64,000 nt of DNA from Acidobacteriota bacterium (lineage in GTDB: Bacteria; Acidobacteriota; UBA4820; DSQY01): NCBI GenBank assembly GCA_049967655.1, contig JBMFSH010000006.1:1-64000 (forward strand), written 5' to 3'. Below, piece by piece: positions 8,335-23,240 of this stretch. Position numbers and translations under genes: made by a program. Positions within the stretch are counted from its first letter, which is position 1, and the number at the start of each line of letters is the position of its first letter. Below the pieces are notes generated by a model. It did no database searches. It was not told the origin of the DNA and worked only from the letters and a program-made list of their open reading frames with translations.

Positions 8335-11300
8335 ATGGACACGTACAAGGGTGGCGGACAGCCAGGTAGCACCGGCAACCGCAAGACCGCAGCCACGCCC
8401 CAGATCAGCACCTCGAAGGATCCTTCACCTCCGGACCATTCGCAGCCGCCTGAAGTCGATCTATCCCCGGAGGCTCTGGTTCCGTTTCGGCTGGATCGGC
8501 GGTTCACCTCTCCTGGCTGCGATCCGCTGGACGGCGCCGCCTACCAGCGACGCTCCTCCAAGATCATGAATACGGATGGGTCCACGGTGTTCGCCATGGA
8601 GAACGCCGAGGTCCCCGCGGACTGGAGCCAGCTGGCCACGGACATCCTGATCAGCAAGTACTTCCGAAAAGCCGGGGTGCCGGGCACGGGTCACGAAACC
8701 TCCATCCGCCAGGTGATCCGCCGTATCGCCCACACGATCAGGGTCGAGGGTGAGAAGTTCGGCGGCTACTTCATGGACAAGGAGGAGGCCGATGCCTTCG
8801 AGGCCGAGCTCTCTTACCTGCTCCTGACCCAGAGGGGGGCATTCAATTCTCCCGTCTGGTTCAATCTAGGGCTCTGGCACGAATACGGGATCGAGGGCTC
8901 GGGCGGCGCCTACTACTGGAATGCCGAGACCGGGCAGATCGAGGAGACCTCCAACGCCTATCAGCACCCCCAGTGCTCGGCGTGCTTCATCCAGAGCGTG
9001 GACGACGACCTGATGAGCATCTTCCAGCTGGCCAAGAACGAGGCCCGGCTGTTCAAGTACGGCTCCGGCACCGGCAGCAACTTTTCACGCATCCGCTCCC
9101 GGGAAGAGAGGCTCTCCGGCGGGGGCACCTCATCGGGCCTGATGAGCTTTCTGGAGGTCCTGGATCGCGCCGCCGGCGCCACCAAGTCCGGCGGAACCAC
9201 CCGTCGCGCCGCCAAGATGGTCTGCCTGGACATGGACCATCCCGAGGTGGAGGACTTCATCAACTGGAAGCGCCGGGAGGAGAGCAAGGCGAGGGTGCTG
9301 GCCGAGGCGGGAATCGACCTGGACGATGCGGTGCACACCGTCTCGGGCCAGAACGCCAACAACTCGTTGCGCGTCACCGACGCCTTCATGGAGGCCTACG
9401 AAAAGGACGGGGAGTGGACCACCACCTACCGGACCAGCGGAGAGCCCGCGCATACCCACCGGGCCCGGGATCTCATGCGCCAGATCGCGGTGGCCGCGTG
9501 GGAGTGCGGCGATCCGGGGCTGCAATTCGACAGCACCATCAACCGTTGGCACACCTGCAAGGCCACCGACCGCATCCACGCCTCCAACCCCTGCTCCGAG
9601 TACATGTTCCTGGACGACTCGGCCTGCAACCTCGCCAGTCTGAACCTCATGAAATTCCTGAATGAAGAGGGCGAGTTCGACGTGGAGGGATACAAGCACG
9701 CCGTGGGCGTCTTCATCATCGCCCAGGAGATTCTGGTCGACCTCTCCTCCTACCCCACCGAGACCATCGCCAAGAACAGCCACGACTTCCGGCCCCTAGG
9801 CCTCGGCTACGCCAATCTTGGCACCCTCCTGATGGTCCTGGGCATCCCCTACGACAGTCCCAAGGCCTTCGCGTGGTGCGGTGCGCTCACCAGCCTCATG
9901 ACCGGCCAGGCCTACCTGGTCTCTTCCCTGCTGGCCAAGCGCAAGGGCCCCTTCTCCGGCTACGCCAAGAACCGGGAGTCCATGCTGGACGTCATCAAGA
10001 TGCACCGGGACGCCAGCCACAAGGTCGAGCTGGATTACCTCCCGCAGAGCCTCGGCCTCGCCAGCCGGCAGGTGTGGGACGACGCCCTGGTCTTCGGCCG
10101 CCAGTTCGGCTTCCGCAACGCCCAGGCCACGGTGCTGGCCCCCACGGGAACCATAGGCCTGCTCATGGATTGCGATACCACCGGCATCGAACCCGACTTC
10201 TCCCAGGTCAAGTTCAAGAAGCTGGCGGGCGGGGGCTACTTCAAGATCGTGAACCAGTCGGTGGAGCGCGCCCTGCACGCTCTTGGCTATCCCCCCGCCC
10301 AGATCCAGGAGATGCTGCGGTATCTGGTGGGCACGGGGCAGCTGGCTGGCACGCCCCACATCCACCCGGCCAGCCTGATGGCCAAGGGATTCACGGAGGA
10401 GGAGGTGGCTCGCGTGGAAAGCCAGCTCGCGCGGGTGGTGGACCTTCCCCAGGCCTTCTCCGCCTTCGTCTTGGGCGACGACTGCATCCGGAGGCTGGGC
10501 TTCACTCCGGAGGAGGCCGCCAAACCCGGCTTCAATGTGCTCGCCGCCCTCGGTTTCAGCGACGCCCAGATCGAGGAGGCCTCTGCCGTGGCCTGCGGCC
10601 ACATGACGCTGGAAGGTGCGCCCTACCTGAAGGAGGAGCACCTGCCCGTGTTCGACTGCGCCAACCGCTGCGGAAGGTACGGGAAGCGGTTCATTGCCCC
10701 CCTCGGCCACGTGAAGATGATGGCGGCGGCCCAGCCCTTTCTGTCCGGTGCCATCAGCAAGACCGTCAACCTTCCCTCCTCCATCCTGCCGGAGGAGATC
10801 GAGCGCATCTACGTGGAGGGCTGGAAGCGCGGCCTCAAGGCCCTCGCCGTCTACCGGGACGGCTCCAAGGTCACCCAGCCCCTTTCGGACGCCTCCACCC
10901 AGAAGGCCGCCAAGAGGGAGGCGGCCTCGGCCCCACCCCCCGACGAACAGCTCTGGCGCACGCCGCTTCAGCGCCGCAGGCTACCGAAAAAGCGCGGCGG
11001 CTTCACCCAGGAGGCGCGCGTAGGCGGACAGAAGGTCTACCTGCGGACGGGCGAGTACGCCGACGGTCGCCTGGGCGAGGTCTTCATCGACATGCACAAG
11101 GAGGGGGCAGCCTTCCGCTCCCTGATGAACTGCTTCGCCATCGCCATTTCGCTCGGCCTCCAGTACGGCGTTCCCCTGGAGGAGTATGTGGACTGCTTCA
11201 CCTTCACGCGCTTCGAGCCCCAGGGGCCCGTCACGGACCATCCCAACATCAAATATGCCACCTCGGTCATCGACTACATCTTCCGAGTTCTGGGCATGGA

Positions 11301-11592
11301 GTACCTGGGAAGGACCGATTTCGTGCAGGTGAAGCCGGACGAGCTGGAGAAGGCCCAGGCCGAGAAGACGCTGACCTCGCCCACGGCGAGCGCCACCGAG
11401 GTGGCCGCCGCCGAGAAGACCCTCTCCTCTCAGGTTCCGGTCTACAAGGCCGTCGGGGGAAACCCGCTTTCCAGCCACCTCTCGACCATGATGGGCGATG
11501 CCCCGTTCTGCAACATCTGCGGCCACATCACGGTGCGGAACGGCTCCTGTTACAAATGCCTGAACTGCGGCAACAGCCTCGGTTGCAGCTAG
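8335..11592 (+). CDS. nrdJ: Adenosylcobalamin-dependent (class II) ribonucleotide reductase
   Basis: [42 protein letters not shown]-terminal TSCPD-like domain and CxxC-CxxC zinc ribbon; ATG after GGGAGG. Confidence 0.96.
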   Translation: MDTYKGGGQPGSTGNRKTAATPQISTSKDPSPPDHSQPPEVDLSPEALVPFRLDRRFTSPGCDPLDGAAYQRRSSKIMNTDGSTVFAMENAEVPADWSQLATDILISKYFRKAGVPGTGHETSIRQVIRRIAHTIRVEGEKFGGYFMDKEEADAFEAELSYLLLTQRGAFNSPVWFNLGLWHEYGIEGSGGAYYWNAETGQIEETSNAYQHPQCSACFIQSVDDDLMSIFQLAKNEARLFKYGSGTGSNFSRIRSREERLSGGGTSSGLMSFLEVLDRAAGATKSGGTTRRAAKMVCLDMDHPEVEDFINWKRREESKARVLAEAGIDLDDAVHTVSGQNANNSLRVTDAFMEAYEKDGEWTTTYRTSGEPAHTHRARDLMRQIAVAAWECGDPGLQFDSTINRWHTCKATDRIHASNPCSEYMFLDDSACNLASLNLMKFLNEEGEFDVEGYKHAVGVFIIAQEILVDLSSYPTETIAKNSHDFRPLGLGYANLGTLLMVLGIPYDSPKAFAWCGALTSLMTGQAYLVSSLLAKRKGPFSGYAKNRESMLDVIKMHRDASHKVELDYLPQSLGLASRQVWDDALVFGRQFGFRNAQATVLAPTGTIGLLMDCDTTGIEPDFSQVKFKKLAGGGYFKIVNQSVERALHALGYPPAQIQEMLRYLVGTGQLAGTPHIHPASLMAKGFTEEEVARVESQLARVVDLPQAFSAFVLGDDCIRRLGFTPEEAAKPGFNVLAALGFSDAQIEEASAVACGHMTLEGAPYLKEEHLPVFDCANRCGRYGKRFIAPLGHVKMMAAAQPFLSGAISKTVNLPSSILPEEIERIYVEGWKRGLKALAVYRDGSKVTQPLSDASTQKAAKREAASAPPPDEQLWRTPLQRRRLPKKRGGFTQEARVGGQKVYLRTGEYADGRLGEVFIDMHKEGAAFRSLMNCFAIAISLGLQYGVPLEEYVDCFTFTRFEPQGPVTDHPNIKYATSVIDYIFRVLGMEYLGRTDFVQVKPDELEKAQAEKTLTSPTASATEVAAAEKTLSSQVPVYKAVGGNPLSSHLSTMMGDAPFCNICGHITVRNGSCYKCLNCGNSLGCS

Positions 11593-11614
11593 CCATCCCG
11601 GTGGAAGGTCACGC

Positions 11615-11650
11615 GGAAGGGGGCGCGGCTCACGCGCCCCCTTTCCTTTT
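11615..11650 (+). terminator. Terminator after nrdJ
   Basis: ggaagggggcgcg / cgcgccccctttcc stem followed by tttt. Confidence 0.75.
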
Positions 11651-11705
11651 CGGGCGGCGCCCTCCCCGCACCGGCGAACGACCGGGTGCCGCACCGTGGG
11701 AACCG

Positions 11706-12611
11706 TCAGCCCGGAAGCGGCTCCTCGACCTCCGGGCGGCGCAAGGTCAACAAGGTCACGCTGATCACGACCACGGCCGCACCCAGAGCCTGAACGGGAT
11801 AGAGCCGCTCCCCGAGCAACAGCACCGCCAGCCCCGTGGCCACCACCGGAATCACGTTGGTGAAGGCAGCCACGATGGAGGCCTTCAGGTGGGCCAGCGA
11901 AATGTTCAGGAGCAGATACGCAAGAAAGGAGCAACCGATCCCGAGGTAAAGCACGGCCAGCCAGGCCCTGGGGCCGGCCTGCGGCATCCCCTGCGTCGAG
12001 AAATCCCAGAGGGCGAACGGCAGGTACATGGTGGCCGCATATAGGGCCTGCAACCGCGTGATGGCCACGGCGTTGTAGCGGGAAAGCAGGCGGCGGGCCA
12101 GAACCGTGTAGACCGAAGCGGCGAAGGCCGCAGCCAGGATGAAACCGTTGCCCACCAGGCTCCCGCCGAAGGCCTTTCTGAGCCCTCCCGCGGTGACCAG
12201 GAGGAATATGCCCCCAAGGGAGAGCAAGATGAGCAGCACCTCCGTGGCGACGATCCTGGCCTTCAGCCAGAGGACTTCAAGAAGCAGGACGTAGATGGGA
12301 ATCGTGCAGATGAGGATGGCCGCCGTCGAGGCGAGCGTGCGCTGGATGCCCATGGCCTCGAGATAGAAATAGACTCCCGGCTCGAACAGGGCGAGGACCA
12401 GGATCTTCCAATAGCCCGCCCGATCCACGGGACTTGCCTTCAGCCAGGGAGAGAAGACGAAAAAGACCGCCGCGCCGAGTAAAAAACGCAGGAATATTAG
12501 CTCTGAAGGGGTGAAGGCGGAAAGCGCGATCTTGGTGCCCACGAAGGAGGCGCCGAAGAGAAGGGACATGCCCACGAGGGCGGCCAGCGCCCCGGCCTTG
12601 GCGCCTCTCAT
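11706..12611 (-). CDS. DMT/EamA family transporter
   Basis: About 10 hydrophobic segments in two EamA-like repeats, LLGE motif; start overlaps the queC stop (ATGA). Confidence 0.88.
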   Translation of the reverse strand: MRGAKAGALAALVGMSLLFGASFVGTKIALSAFTPSELIFLRFLLGAAVFFVFSPWLKASPVDRAGYWKILVLALFEPGVYFYLEAMGIQRTLASTAAILICTIPIYVLLLEVLWLKARIVATEVLLILLSLGGIFLLVTAGGLRKAFGGSLVGNGFILAAAFAASVYTVLARRLLSRYNAVAITRLQALYAATMYLPFALWDFSTQGMPQAGPRAWLAVLYLGIGCSFLAYLLLNISLAHLKASIVAAFTNVIPVVATGLAVLLLGERLYPVQALGAAVVVISVTLLTLRRPEVEEPLPG

Positions 12612-13417
12612 GAGGCCTGCGTCAGCGCCCGAAGCAGCACGGACAGCCGTCTCACCCTCTCCCGGGCGGCTTCCCTGCCGAAGGAGGCGGGCCTTCCGTA
12701 AGTAAGGGGATCCCCGATGCCGGCCTGCTCGAACCCCCTGAGCCTCAAGGCGCACGAATCGCAGACGCCGCAGGCGAAGTCATTTCGGACGTAGCACGAC
12801 CACGTGGCCTCCAGCGGCAGACCCATCTCCGTCGCCATCTGGACGATCTGCGCCTTCGTCATGTCCACCAGCGGGGCGCGGACCTCGATCCCGCTTCCCG
12901 GCTTGGTCCCCTCGGTCACGAGGCGGTTGAAGGCCTCGATGAAGGAGGGCCGGCAGTCCGGATAGCCGGAGGAATCCTGCGAGACGGCGCCGTAGTACAC
13001 CCGCCTCGCGCCCAACACCTCGGCCCATCCGACGGCCATGGAGAGCAGGACCGCGTTCCGGAAGGGCACGTAGGTCACGGGGATCTCCTTCGAATCCAGG
13101 TTGGCGGCGGGAACGGCGACCTCGGAGCTGGTGAGCGCGGAGCCGCCCACGAGGGCGAAGAAGTTGGTGTGGACCACCAGACGGCGCTGCTCCCGCACGG
13201 CAAAGAAGTCCGCTATCCTCTGGAAGGCCCGGTACTCGGCCTCTTCCGTTCGCTGACCATAATTGAAGTGGATCAGCGCCAGCGCGTGCCCATCCCGCAG
13301 CGCCACGCCGGCCGCCGTCAGGGAGTCCATGCCCCCGCTCAGGAGGACCACGGCCAGCGGCGCTTCGGGGCCGGTCGCCGGAACCTTCGGGTAGCCCGTG
13401 AGCTGTTCGACATCCAT
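12608..13417 (-). CDS. queC: 7-cyano-7-deazaguanine synthase
   Basis: SGGMDS, YGQR, TYVPFRN, GYPDCR, TWSCY..CGVCDSC. Confidence 0.95.
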   Translation of the reverse strand: MDVEQLTGYPKVPATGPEAPLAVVLLSGGMDSLTAAGVALRDGHALALIHFNYGQRTEEAEYRAFQRIADFFAVREQRRLVVHTNFFALVGGSALTSSEVAVPAANLDSKEIPVTYVPFRNAVLLSMAVGWAEVLGARRVYYGAVSQDSSGYPDCRPSFIEAFNRLVTEGTKPGSGIEVRAPLVDMTKAQIVQMATEMGLPLEATWSCYVRNDFACGVCDSCALRLRGFEQAGIGDPLTYGRPASFGREAARERVRRLSVLLRALTQAS

Positions 13418-13529
13418 TGTGCGGCCTCAAAGGGTTCGTGACGGAGTCTTTCGGGGGCGCCGACGAAGGGCGCCTGGCGCTGCCCCGCCATTGTAGTTCC
13501 GAATCCCCTCGACCAGGAATCCCCCCTCC

Positions 13530-14234
13530 TCAGACTCCCCGCTTGTTGCCCCAGAGGACCTTGTGGAGCTGGAGCTGAAGGCGCACTTCGAGGCGGTCCC
13601 CCACGATCCACTCCGTCAGCGCCGCAGGGTCGAGAAGCCCCCAGACCGGAGAGAAGAGCACCGCGGCGGGGCCGGGGAGGTGGTGGCGGGCCAGAAAATC
13701 GACCGCCCAGAGGTAATCCTCACGGGATGACAGAACGAACTTGAGCACGTCCTTCCGATCCAGTTCATCCAGGATGGGAAGCTGGAAGGAGTCGGCCTCG
13801 CCGCTCGCCGGCGCCTTCACGTCCACCACCTTGAGCACCTCGGCGGGCAGGCAGCGTAGATCATAAGCGCCGTTGGTCTCGATGGAGACGGCCCGGCCGG
13901 CATCGAGAAGGACCCGGCAGAGCGCCGGAGTGGCCGCCTGGGCCATGGGCTCCCCCCCCGTAATCAGCACCCGTCGGATCCCGTGAGAGGCTACCCGGCG
14001 GACCACCTCTCCCAGCGCCACCCGCTGGCCCTTGAAGAAGGCGAAGGCGCTGTCGCAGTAACCGCACCGCAGGTTGCAGCCGGTCAGGCGCACCAGGACG
14101 GTGGGGTACCCCTGCTCCGGCCCCTCGCCCTGGACGGAGGCGTACAGCTCGTTGAGCAGCAGGGTGGGCTCCGTCTGCGGACGGTTGAGGTAGCGCTCGC
14201 CGCCCACGACCTGAGGTGCTTCTCGGCGGCTCAT
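13530..14234 (-). CDS. queE: 7-carboxy-7-deazaguanine synthase (radical SAM)
   Basis: SVQGEG, CNLRCGYCD, TGGEP, IETNG, QLHK; lies between queD and queC. Confidence 0.93.
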   Translation of the reverse strand: MSRREAPQVVGGERYLNRPQTEPTLLLNELYASVQGEGPEQGYPTVLVRLTGCNLRCGYCDSAFAFFKGQRVALGEVVRRVASHGIRRVLITGGEPMAQAATPALCRVLLDAGRAVSIETNGAYDLRCLPAEVLKVVDVKAPASGEADSFQLPILDELDRKDVLKFVLSSREDYLWAVDFLARHHLPGPAAVLFSPVWGLLDPAALTEWIVGDRLEVRLQLQLHKVLWGNKRGV

Positions 14235-14236
14235 GC

Positions 14237-14596
14237 CTACTCGTCCTCGAAGTAAGAGGCCACGGACGTGTCGGTCTCGTAGACGTCGACCCTTGTCACC
14301 GGGGCCGCCGCAGAGAGGATCTCGTAGAGGTGGCGGGCGATATTTTCCGCCGTTGGGTTCAGGCGGTCGAAGGGGGGGGTCTCGTTCAGGTAATTGTGAT
14401 CGAAGGGCTCCAGCGCGCGCTGCGTGAGTTCCTTCAGCTTGCGGAAATCCATGACCATCCCCAGGCCGTCCAGCTCCTTGCGCCTGGCCACCACCTCGAC
14501 CCGCCAGTTGTGCCCGTGGAGTCTCTCGCAGTTCCCCGGATAATCCTCGACCCTGTGGGCCGCGGCGAAATGCCTCACGATCTTGACCTCGAACAT
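14237..14596 (-). CDS. queD: 6-carboxytetrahydropterin synthase
   Basis: FAAAH, CERLHGHNW, DH.YLN, PTAENIA, YET. Confidence 0.95.
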   Translation of the reverse strand: MFEVKIVRHFAAAHRVEDYPGNCERLHGHNWRVEVVARRKELDGLGMVMDFRKLKELTQRALEPFDHNYLNETPPFDRLNPTAENIARHLYEILSAAAPVTRVDVYETDTSVASYFEDE

Positions 14597-14694
14597 CCAA
14601 ACCTCCGCCGGGGTCCCTGGGCTGCGGCCAGACGCGCAGCGGGGATGGCCGTCCGACCCCGGAGCAGCATACTAAACGACAGGGGGTATCCGTG

Positions 14695-15915
14695 TCATCC
14701 CTGGCGCCGACCCGATGGTTCAAGGGTCCCGATCTCCACCTCCTGGATCTGGCGTGAAGTGGCCTTCACGACGCGATACTCGTACCCGGAATCCCTCAGC
14801 ACGGCTCCCTGGGCCGGAACGCGGGCCGCCAGATTCAGCAGGTGGCCGGCCAGCGTCCGGCAATGGAGATCCTCTGGAGCGCGGGGGAACCTCTCCCGAA
14901 ATTCGGCGTAGGCGGTGGCGCCGGGCAACAACACCCCGGATCCGCCCCGGCTCTCGGCCACTCGGGTGCAAAAAAGGCTCGCGGCCAGAGAGATCCGGGT
15001 GATGAAGCCGGCGATCCCCCCGTATTCGTCCGCCAGCACCACCGCCGGCCATCCCTCTTTGTAGAGATCCCCGAGCACCAGCCTTATGGGTCGGCTCTCG
15101 GGGTAGATGGGCACCTGCCGGCACCATTGCGCGGCGGTGCCTGGCCGGTCATCCAGGGACCACCCGAGCAGCTCCTCCGGTCCCACCAGCCCCAGCAGGT
15201 CATCCGCGTCGTGGCCGTAAACGCAGACCCAGGGCTCTCCCTCGCCGGCAACGGAGGCCAGCACCGCTGCCTTGTCGGCCTTAGCTCCGACGAAGTGCAT
15301 GGAGGTGCGCGGCACCATGCGGCTGGAAGCAGGCTCGCCGGCCATGCGGATGAGGTTGCCCAGGAGGTTCTCCTCCGTCTCCTGAATGGCGCCCTCCACC
15401 CGCGCCGCCGTGAAGAGGTCGTGGAGTTCGTCCAGCGGCTCCACACCCGGTGCCCTGGAAGTCGAAGGCGTGCGGTCCAGAAGGCGAAGCAGGAACCGGC
15501 CCGCCGGCGCCACGGTCTTCACGTACGCCTCCAGCAAGGGGGCGTAGCTCCGGCTGATTCGCCGAGCCTCGTTGGCCGCCACGGCCTTCGGGATCGCCTC
15601 GCCGAGGAGAACCAGCACCGCCGTCGTGGCCAAGATTCCCAGGCTCACTCCCCACGGCTGCGGAAGGAGGCGGCTCCTGAGGCTGGACGAGAGGAAGGAG
15701 AGGAGGACGTTGACCGTTTCGTTGCCCAGCATCAGGCAGATCAGCAGAAGCGAGGGGTCTCGCAGAAGTCTCGCCACGGCGCCGCTCCCCTCCTCCCGGT
15801 GCCCAACCTGCCACGGCTTCAGGCTGAAGAAGGCCGCCTCGGAACTGGAGAAGAAGGCCGAGATCGCCAGCATGAGCAGAACCGCCAGCGCCTCCGTGGC
15901 GAGGAAGACGTTCAT
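14695..15915 (-). CDS. CNNM/HlyC-CorC family protein (DUF21, CBS, CorC domains)
   Basis: SAFFSSSEAAFFSL, GEAIPK, MVPR, DEYGG, TLAG. Confidence 0.85.
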   Translation of the reverse strand: MNVFLATEALAVLLMLAISAFFSSSEAAFFSLKPWQVGHREEGSGAVARLLRDPSLLLICLMLGNETVNVLLSFLSSSLRSRLLPQPWGVSLGILATTAVLVLLGEAIPKAVAANEARRISRSYAPLLEAYVKTVAPAGRFLLRLLDRTPSTSRAPGVEPLDELHDLFTAARVEGAIQETEENLLGNLIRMAGEPASSRMVPRTSMHFVGAKADKAAVLASVAGEGEPWVCVYGHDADDLLGLVGPEELLGWSLDDRPGTAAQWCRQVPIYPESRPIRLVLGDLYKEGWPAVVLADEYGGIAGFITRISLAASLFCTRVAESRGGSGVLLPGATAYAEFRERFPRAPEDLHCRTLAGHLLNLAARVPAQGAVLRDSGYEYRVVKATSRQIQEVEIGTLEPSGRRQG

Positions 15916-16547
15916 GGTTGCTTGGAGAGGAGGGCCCGCCATCCCGCAGCGGGATCGGAGGAGAGGAACGAGATGACCGCCAGGCTGGCGAAGCCCCGCT
16001 TCCATAGCGGCTCCGCGTTCTCGGGGCGAATCCCGCCGATGCCCACCACCGGGAAGGGCGACTCCCTCAGGACCGCCTCCTGCACCTCCACGGGCACGAC
16101 GGGATCGGGACGGTCCTTGCTGGCCGTAGGATGGAGGGGTCCGAGAGCCAAATAATCCAACGGAAGCGGGAGAGCCTCGCGAAACTGGTCCAGGTTGTGG
16201 GTAGAGAGCCCGATGATGGCACTGGGACCCAGCAAGCTCCGCGCTTCGGCGGCGGGGAGGTCCTCCTGACCCAGATGGACCCCATCGGCCCCCGCCGCGA
16301 GGCAGAGATCCACCCGGTCATCCAGGATCAGCTTTACGCCGCGGCTCCGGCAGAACCGGAGCAGGGCGGTTACATCGTCGAACCGCTCCCGGTCCGAGCC
16401 GGTCTTTCGCCGGTACTGCAGCAACCGGCAGCCTTCACCGGCGAGAGCCCCGGCCCAGGTCAGCAGGGCGTCGCGCTCGAAGCCTTCGGGGGAGATGGGG
16501 TAGATCGCCGAAAACGGCGTCTCACCGCGGGTGACCATGGGCCTCAT
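15912..16547 (-). CDS. thiE: Thiamine phosphate synthase
   Basis: QYRRK, DDRVD, GVHLGQED, GLSTH, PTASK, IGGI. Confidence 0.9.
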   Translation of the reverse strand: MRPMVTRGETPFSAIYPISPEGFERDALLTWAGALAGEGCRLLQYRRKTGSDRERFDDVTALLRFCRSRGVKLILDDRVDLCLAAGADGVHLGQEDLPAAEARSLLGPSAIIGLSTHNLDQFREALPLPLDYLALGPLHPTASKDRPDPVVPVEVQEAVLRESPFPVVGIGGIRPENAEPLWKRGFASLAVISFLSSDPAAGWRALLSKQP

Positions 16548-16578
16548 CTCCTGGACCGGCCGAACCCGGAAAGCCCGC

Positions 16579-17913
16579 TCAGGTCGCGAACCGGTCCATA
16601 AACCGCGTGGAGAGCCTCCCGGCCTGAAAGTCTTCGTCCTCCATGATCTTGAGGTGCATGGGAATATTGGTCTTGATGCCCTCGACCACGAAGGACTCCA
16701 GGGACCTCTTCATGCGGAGGATGCTGTCTTTCCGGGTGTCCCCCCTCACGATCAGCTTGGCCAGCAGGGAATCGTAGTGGGGCGAGACGAAGTAGCCTGC
16801 GTAGGCCGCCGTGTCCACCCTGACCCCGGGCCCTCCCGGAGAGTGGAAGGTAGTGATGCGCCCCGGGCTCGGCGTGAAGCGGTGGGGATCTTCGGCGTTG
16901 ATCCTGCACTCCATGGAGTGGCCGGTGAGCTTGATGTCCTTCTGCTTCCACTGCATCTTTTCGCCGGCAGCGGCCATGATCTGGGCCTTGACCAGATCCA
17001 CTCCGGTGACGTTTTCGGTCACGGGATGCTCCACCTGGATCCGGGTGTTCATCTCCATGAAGTAGAACCTGTCCTTATCGTACAGGAACTCCATCGTCCC
17101 CACGGTGGCGTAGCCGACGGCCTGGGCGCCCTTCACGGCGGTGTCTCCCATCTCGGCCCTGAGCATGGGCGTGAGAACGGGAGAGGGCGCCTCCTCGATG
17201 AGCTTCTGGTGGCGCCTCTGGATGGAGCACTCCCGCTCGAAGAGGTGGATCACGTTCCCGAACTGGTCGCCGAGGATCTGAATCTCGATGTGGCGGGGGG
17301 CCTCCAGGTACTTTTCCAGGTAGAGGTCGCCGTTGCCGAAGGCGGAGGCGGCCTCGCTCCCGGCCATCTGGAAGGCCAGCTCCATTTCGCCCTCCGTGTT
17401 AACCACGCGCATCCCCTTGCCGCCGCCGCCCGCCGAGGCCTTGAGGATCACCGGATAGCCCACCTCGGCGGCGATGGCCTTGGCCTCATCCACCGTGGTC
17501 ACGGGGCCCTCGGAACCAGGCAGGATCGGCACTCCGGCCGCCTTCATGGTCTTCTTGGCCTCCGCCTTGTTTCCCATGAGGGCTATGGTCTGAGGACTGG
17601 GACCGATGAAGGTGATGTTGCAGGCCTGGCACACCTGGGCGAATTCGGCGGATTCCGATAGGAAGCCGTAGCCGGGGTGAATGCCGTCCACGTTACTGAT
17701 CTCCGCCGCGGCGATGAGGTTGGTGATGTTCAGGTAGGAGTCGCGGCTGGGGGCGGGGCCGATGCAGATATTCTCATCGGCGAAGCGCACGTGCAGAGAG
17801 TCGATGTCCACGTCCGAATGGACGGCCACCGTCTTGATACCCAGCTCCTTGCAGGCCCATATGATCCGAAGGGCGATCTCGCCCCGGTTGGCGATGAGGA
17901 CTTTACGGAACAT
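16579..17913 (-). CDS. accC: Acetyl-CoA carboxylase biotin carboxylase
   Basis: [44 protein letters not shown]. Confidence 0.96.
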   Translation of the reverse strand: MFRKVLIANRGEIALRIIWACKELGIKTVAVHSDVDIDSLHVRFADENICIGPAPSRDSYLNITNLIAAAEISNVDGIHPGYGFLSESAEFAQVCQACNITFIGPSPQTIALMGNKAEAKKTMKAAGVPILPGSEGPVTTVDEAKAIAAEVGYPVILKASAGGGGKGMRVVNTEGEMELAFQMAGSEAASAFGNGDLYLEKYLEAPRHIEIQILGDQFGNVIHLFERECSIQRRHQKLIEEAPSPVLTPMLRAEMGDTAVKGAQAVGYATVGTMEFLYDKDRFYFMEMNTRIQVEHPVTENVTGVDLVKAQIMAAAGEKMQWKQKDIKLTGHSMECRINAEDPHRFTPSPGRITTFHSPGGPGVRVDTAAYAGYFVSPHYDSLLAKLIVRGDTRKDSILRMKRSLESFVVEGIKTNIPMHLKIMEDEDFQAGRLSTRFMDRFAT

Positions 17914-17920
17914 GCGCGCC

Positions 17921-18502
17921 TCAGCTCGCCGGATCGACGAGGAACAGCGCCTCGCCATATTCCACGGGCTGGGCATTCTCCGTGAGAATGTCCACGATGA
18001 CCCCGTCCACTTCGCTCTCGATCTCGTTCATCAACTTCATCGCTTCGATGATGCAGAGCGTCTTCCCCTTCTTCACCCGGTCCCCTATCTTCACGAAAGG
18101 CTCTGCCCCCGGGGCCGGAGACCGGTAGAAGGTGCCCACCATGGGGCTCTTCACCTGGATGTACTGGTCGCTCTTGGGTGGGTGGGCGGGTGGAACCGCC
18201 TCGCCGGAAGGCGGACCAGCCTCGGCCGGTGAGACGGGGGACGGAGATGCGGACGGTGCCGGGCTTCCCGCCGGGAAGACGGCCTCCTGGCGGCCGGTGC
18301 CGGAGACCATCGGAGAAGGCACCATGATGAACTGCGGAGAGTGCGAAGGCTGGGCCACGGGGGCCGCTTTGCACAGGCGAAGCTTCATACCTTCGCTCTC
18401 GATCTCCAGCTCGTTGACCCCGCTCTTGTCCAGCATGTCGATGAGCTTCTGAATGTCGGACAGCTTCATGGATACCCCTTCACGCTTGGAGTCTTCTGCC
18501 AT
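17921..18502 (-). CDS. accB: Biotin carboxyl carrier protein
   Basis: [16 protein letters not shown], Pro/Ala linker; start 18502 or 18469. Confidence 0.94.
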   Translation of the reverse strand: MAEDSKREGVSMKLSDIQKLIDMLDKSGVNELEIESEGMKLRLCKAAPVAQPSHSPQFIMVPSPMVSGTGRQEAVFPAGSPAPSASPSPVSPAEAGPPSGEAVPPAHPPKSDQYIQVKSPMVGTFYRSPAPGAEPFVKIGDRVKKGKTLCIIEAMKLMNEIESEVDGVIVDILTENAQPVEYGEALFLVDPAS

Positions 18503-18569
18503 GTTCTCCCTTTTTCTCATCGAATCAGTATACACCATCGCGCCCCACACGGGCCTCGCCGCTCTGGAA

Positions 18570-18633
18570 CCCAAATTCCGCGATGGAAACGCGGGTGCCT
18601 CCGACTACCGCTCGGGTTCACCGGGGAAAGGCG
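18570..18633 (+). repeat. Dispersed intergenic repeat, copy B (64 bp, shorter)
   Basis: Identical to 49809-49872. Confidence 0.9.
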
Positions 18634-18642
18634 CGGAACTCC

Positions 18643-21992
<3,350 letters not shown>

Positions 21993-21993
21993 G

Positions 21994-23142
21994 TCAGAAC
22001 CTTTCGACCTGCAGCCTGTACTGCCCCAGATTAAGGAGGACTTCCGCGAGGCTGTCCCCCCCGACCTTCTCCAGGAGGGCTTCGGCCAGGCAGAGGGCCA
22101 GGACCGCCTCGCCGATCACGGCGGCCGCGGGAACGGCGCACACGTCGGACCGCTCCTTCTGGGCCTTGGCCGCCTGCTTCGTTCGGATGTCCACCGAGTC
22201 CAGCGGCCTCATCAAAGTGGACAGGGGCTTTAGATAGGCCGTCACGGCGATGACCTCGCCGTTGCTGATGCCCCCCTCCACGCCCCCGGCCCGATTGGTT
22301 TTCCGGTAGAAGCCCCGCTGACTGTCGTAATAGACCGCGTCCTGCGTCTCCGCTCCGCTTCGCCCGCTCACTTGAACCCCGTCCCCCAGCTCCACGGCCT
22401 TCACCGAGGGGATGGAGAAAAAGTGGGCGCCCAGCTTCGCGTCGAGCCTCCGGTCCCAGTGCACGTGCGAGCCCAGCCCAGGAGGGACCCCCTCCGCCAG
22501 GACGCACACGGAGCCGCCCAGCGTATCCCCGTGGGCAGCGGCGGCCTGGATGGCCTCGCGCACCCGCCTGGCCGCCTCGGGATCCGTCATGGGCATCTCC
22601 GGATCCAGGCCCCGGCAGACGCTCACCCTCTCTGCCGGCGGCGACTGAATGCCCCCCACGCCCGTCACGCTGGAGCCGATGTGAATGCCGGCCTCCTCCA
22701 GGAGCCGTCTGCTCACGCTGCCGGCCGCCACCCGCGCGGCGGTCTCTCTGGCGCTGGCCCGTTCGAGGATGTCGCGGCAGTCCCGTCGGTCGTACTTGAG
22801 GGCCCCAGCCAGATCGGCGTGTCCCGGTCTCGGGATCGTGAAGAGCCGATCGGCGGCCTCCTGCGTCTCGCCCGCGGCCATGGTTTTCTCCCAGTTCGCG
22901 TGGTCGCGGTTGGTCACCAGCATGGCGATGGGGCTTCCCAGGGTCTCTCCTCGGCGGACGCCGGAGAGGATCTGCACCCGGTCCTGCTCGATCCGCTGTC
23001 TGGCCCCCCTTCCCGCTCCAAGCTGCCGCCGGGCCAGCTGCTCGTTGATGAACCCTTCGGTGAGGGACAACCCAGCCGGGCAGCCCTCCACGATGACGCT
23101 GAGGGAGGGTCCGTGGGATTCGCCGGCAGTGAGAAATCGCAT
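21994..23142 (-). CDS. aroC: Chorismate synthase
   Basis: TAGESHG, RPGHAD, ERASARETA, GGISNG, RSD. Confidence 0.96.
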   Translation of the reverse strand: MRFLTAGESHGPSLSVIVEGCPAGLSLTEGFINEQLARRQLGAGRGARQRIEQDRVQILSGVRRGETLGSPIAMLVTNRDHANWEKTMAAGETQEAADRLFTIPRPGHADLAGALKYDRRDCRDILERASARETAARVAAGSVSRRLLEEAGIHIGSSVTGVGGIQSPPAERVSVCRGLDPEMPMTDPEAARRVREAIQAAAAHGDTLGGSVCVLAEGVPPGLGSHVHWDRRLDAKLGAHFFSIPSVKAVELGDGVQVSGRSGAETQDAVYYDSQRGFYRKTNRAGGVEGGISNGEVIAVTAYLKPLSTLMRPLDSVDIRTKQAAKAQKERSDVCAVPAAAVIGEAVLALCLAEALLEKVGGDSLAEVLLNLGQYRLQVERF

Positions 23143-23240
23143 GTCACCCCTCCGGGAGGGCAAATCCGGGCCAGGTGCGAGGTGCGCCCACACCGATGAG
23201 CATACACGGTGGGGGCCGGCATGAAAAGTGGACCGCTCCC

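Noticed and set aside
8335..11592. Intein or intron in nrdJ
   Set aside because: Catalytic motifs are contiguous and no splice-junction or LAGLIDADG motifs are seen
14597..14695. preQ1 riboswitch before queD
   Set aside because: No recognisable preQ1 stem with A-rich tail
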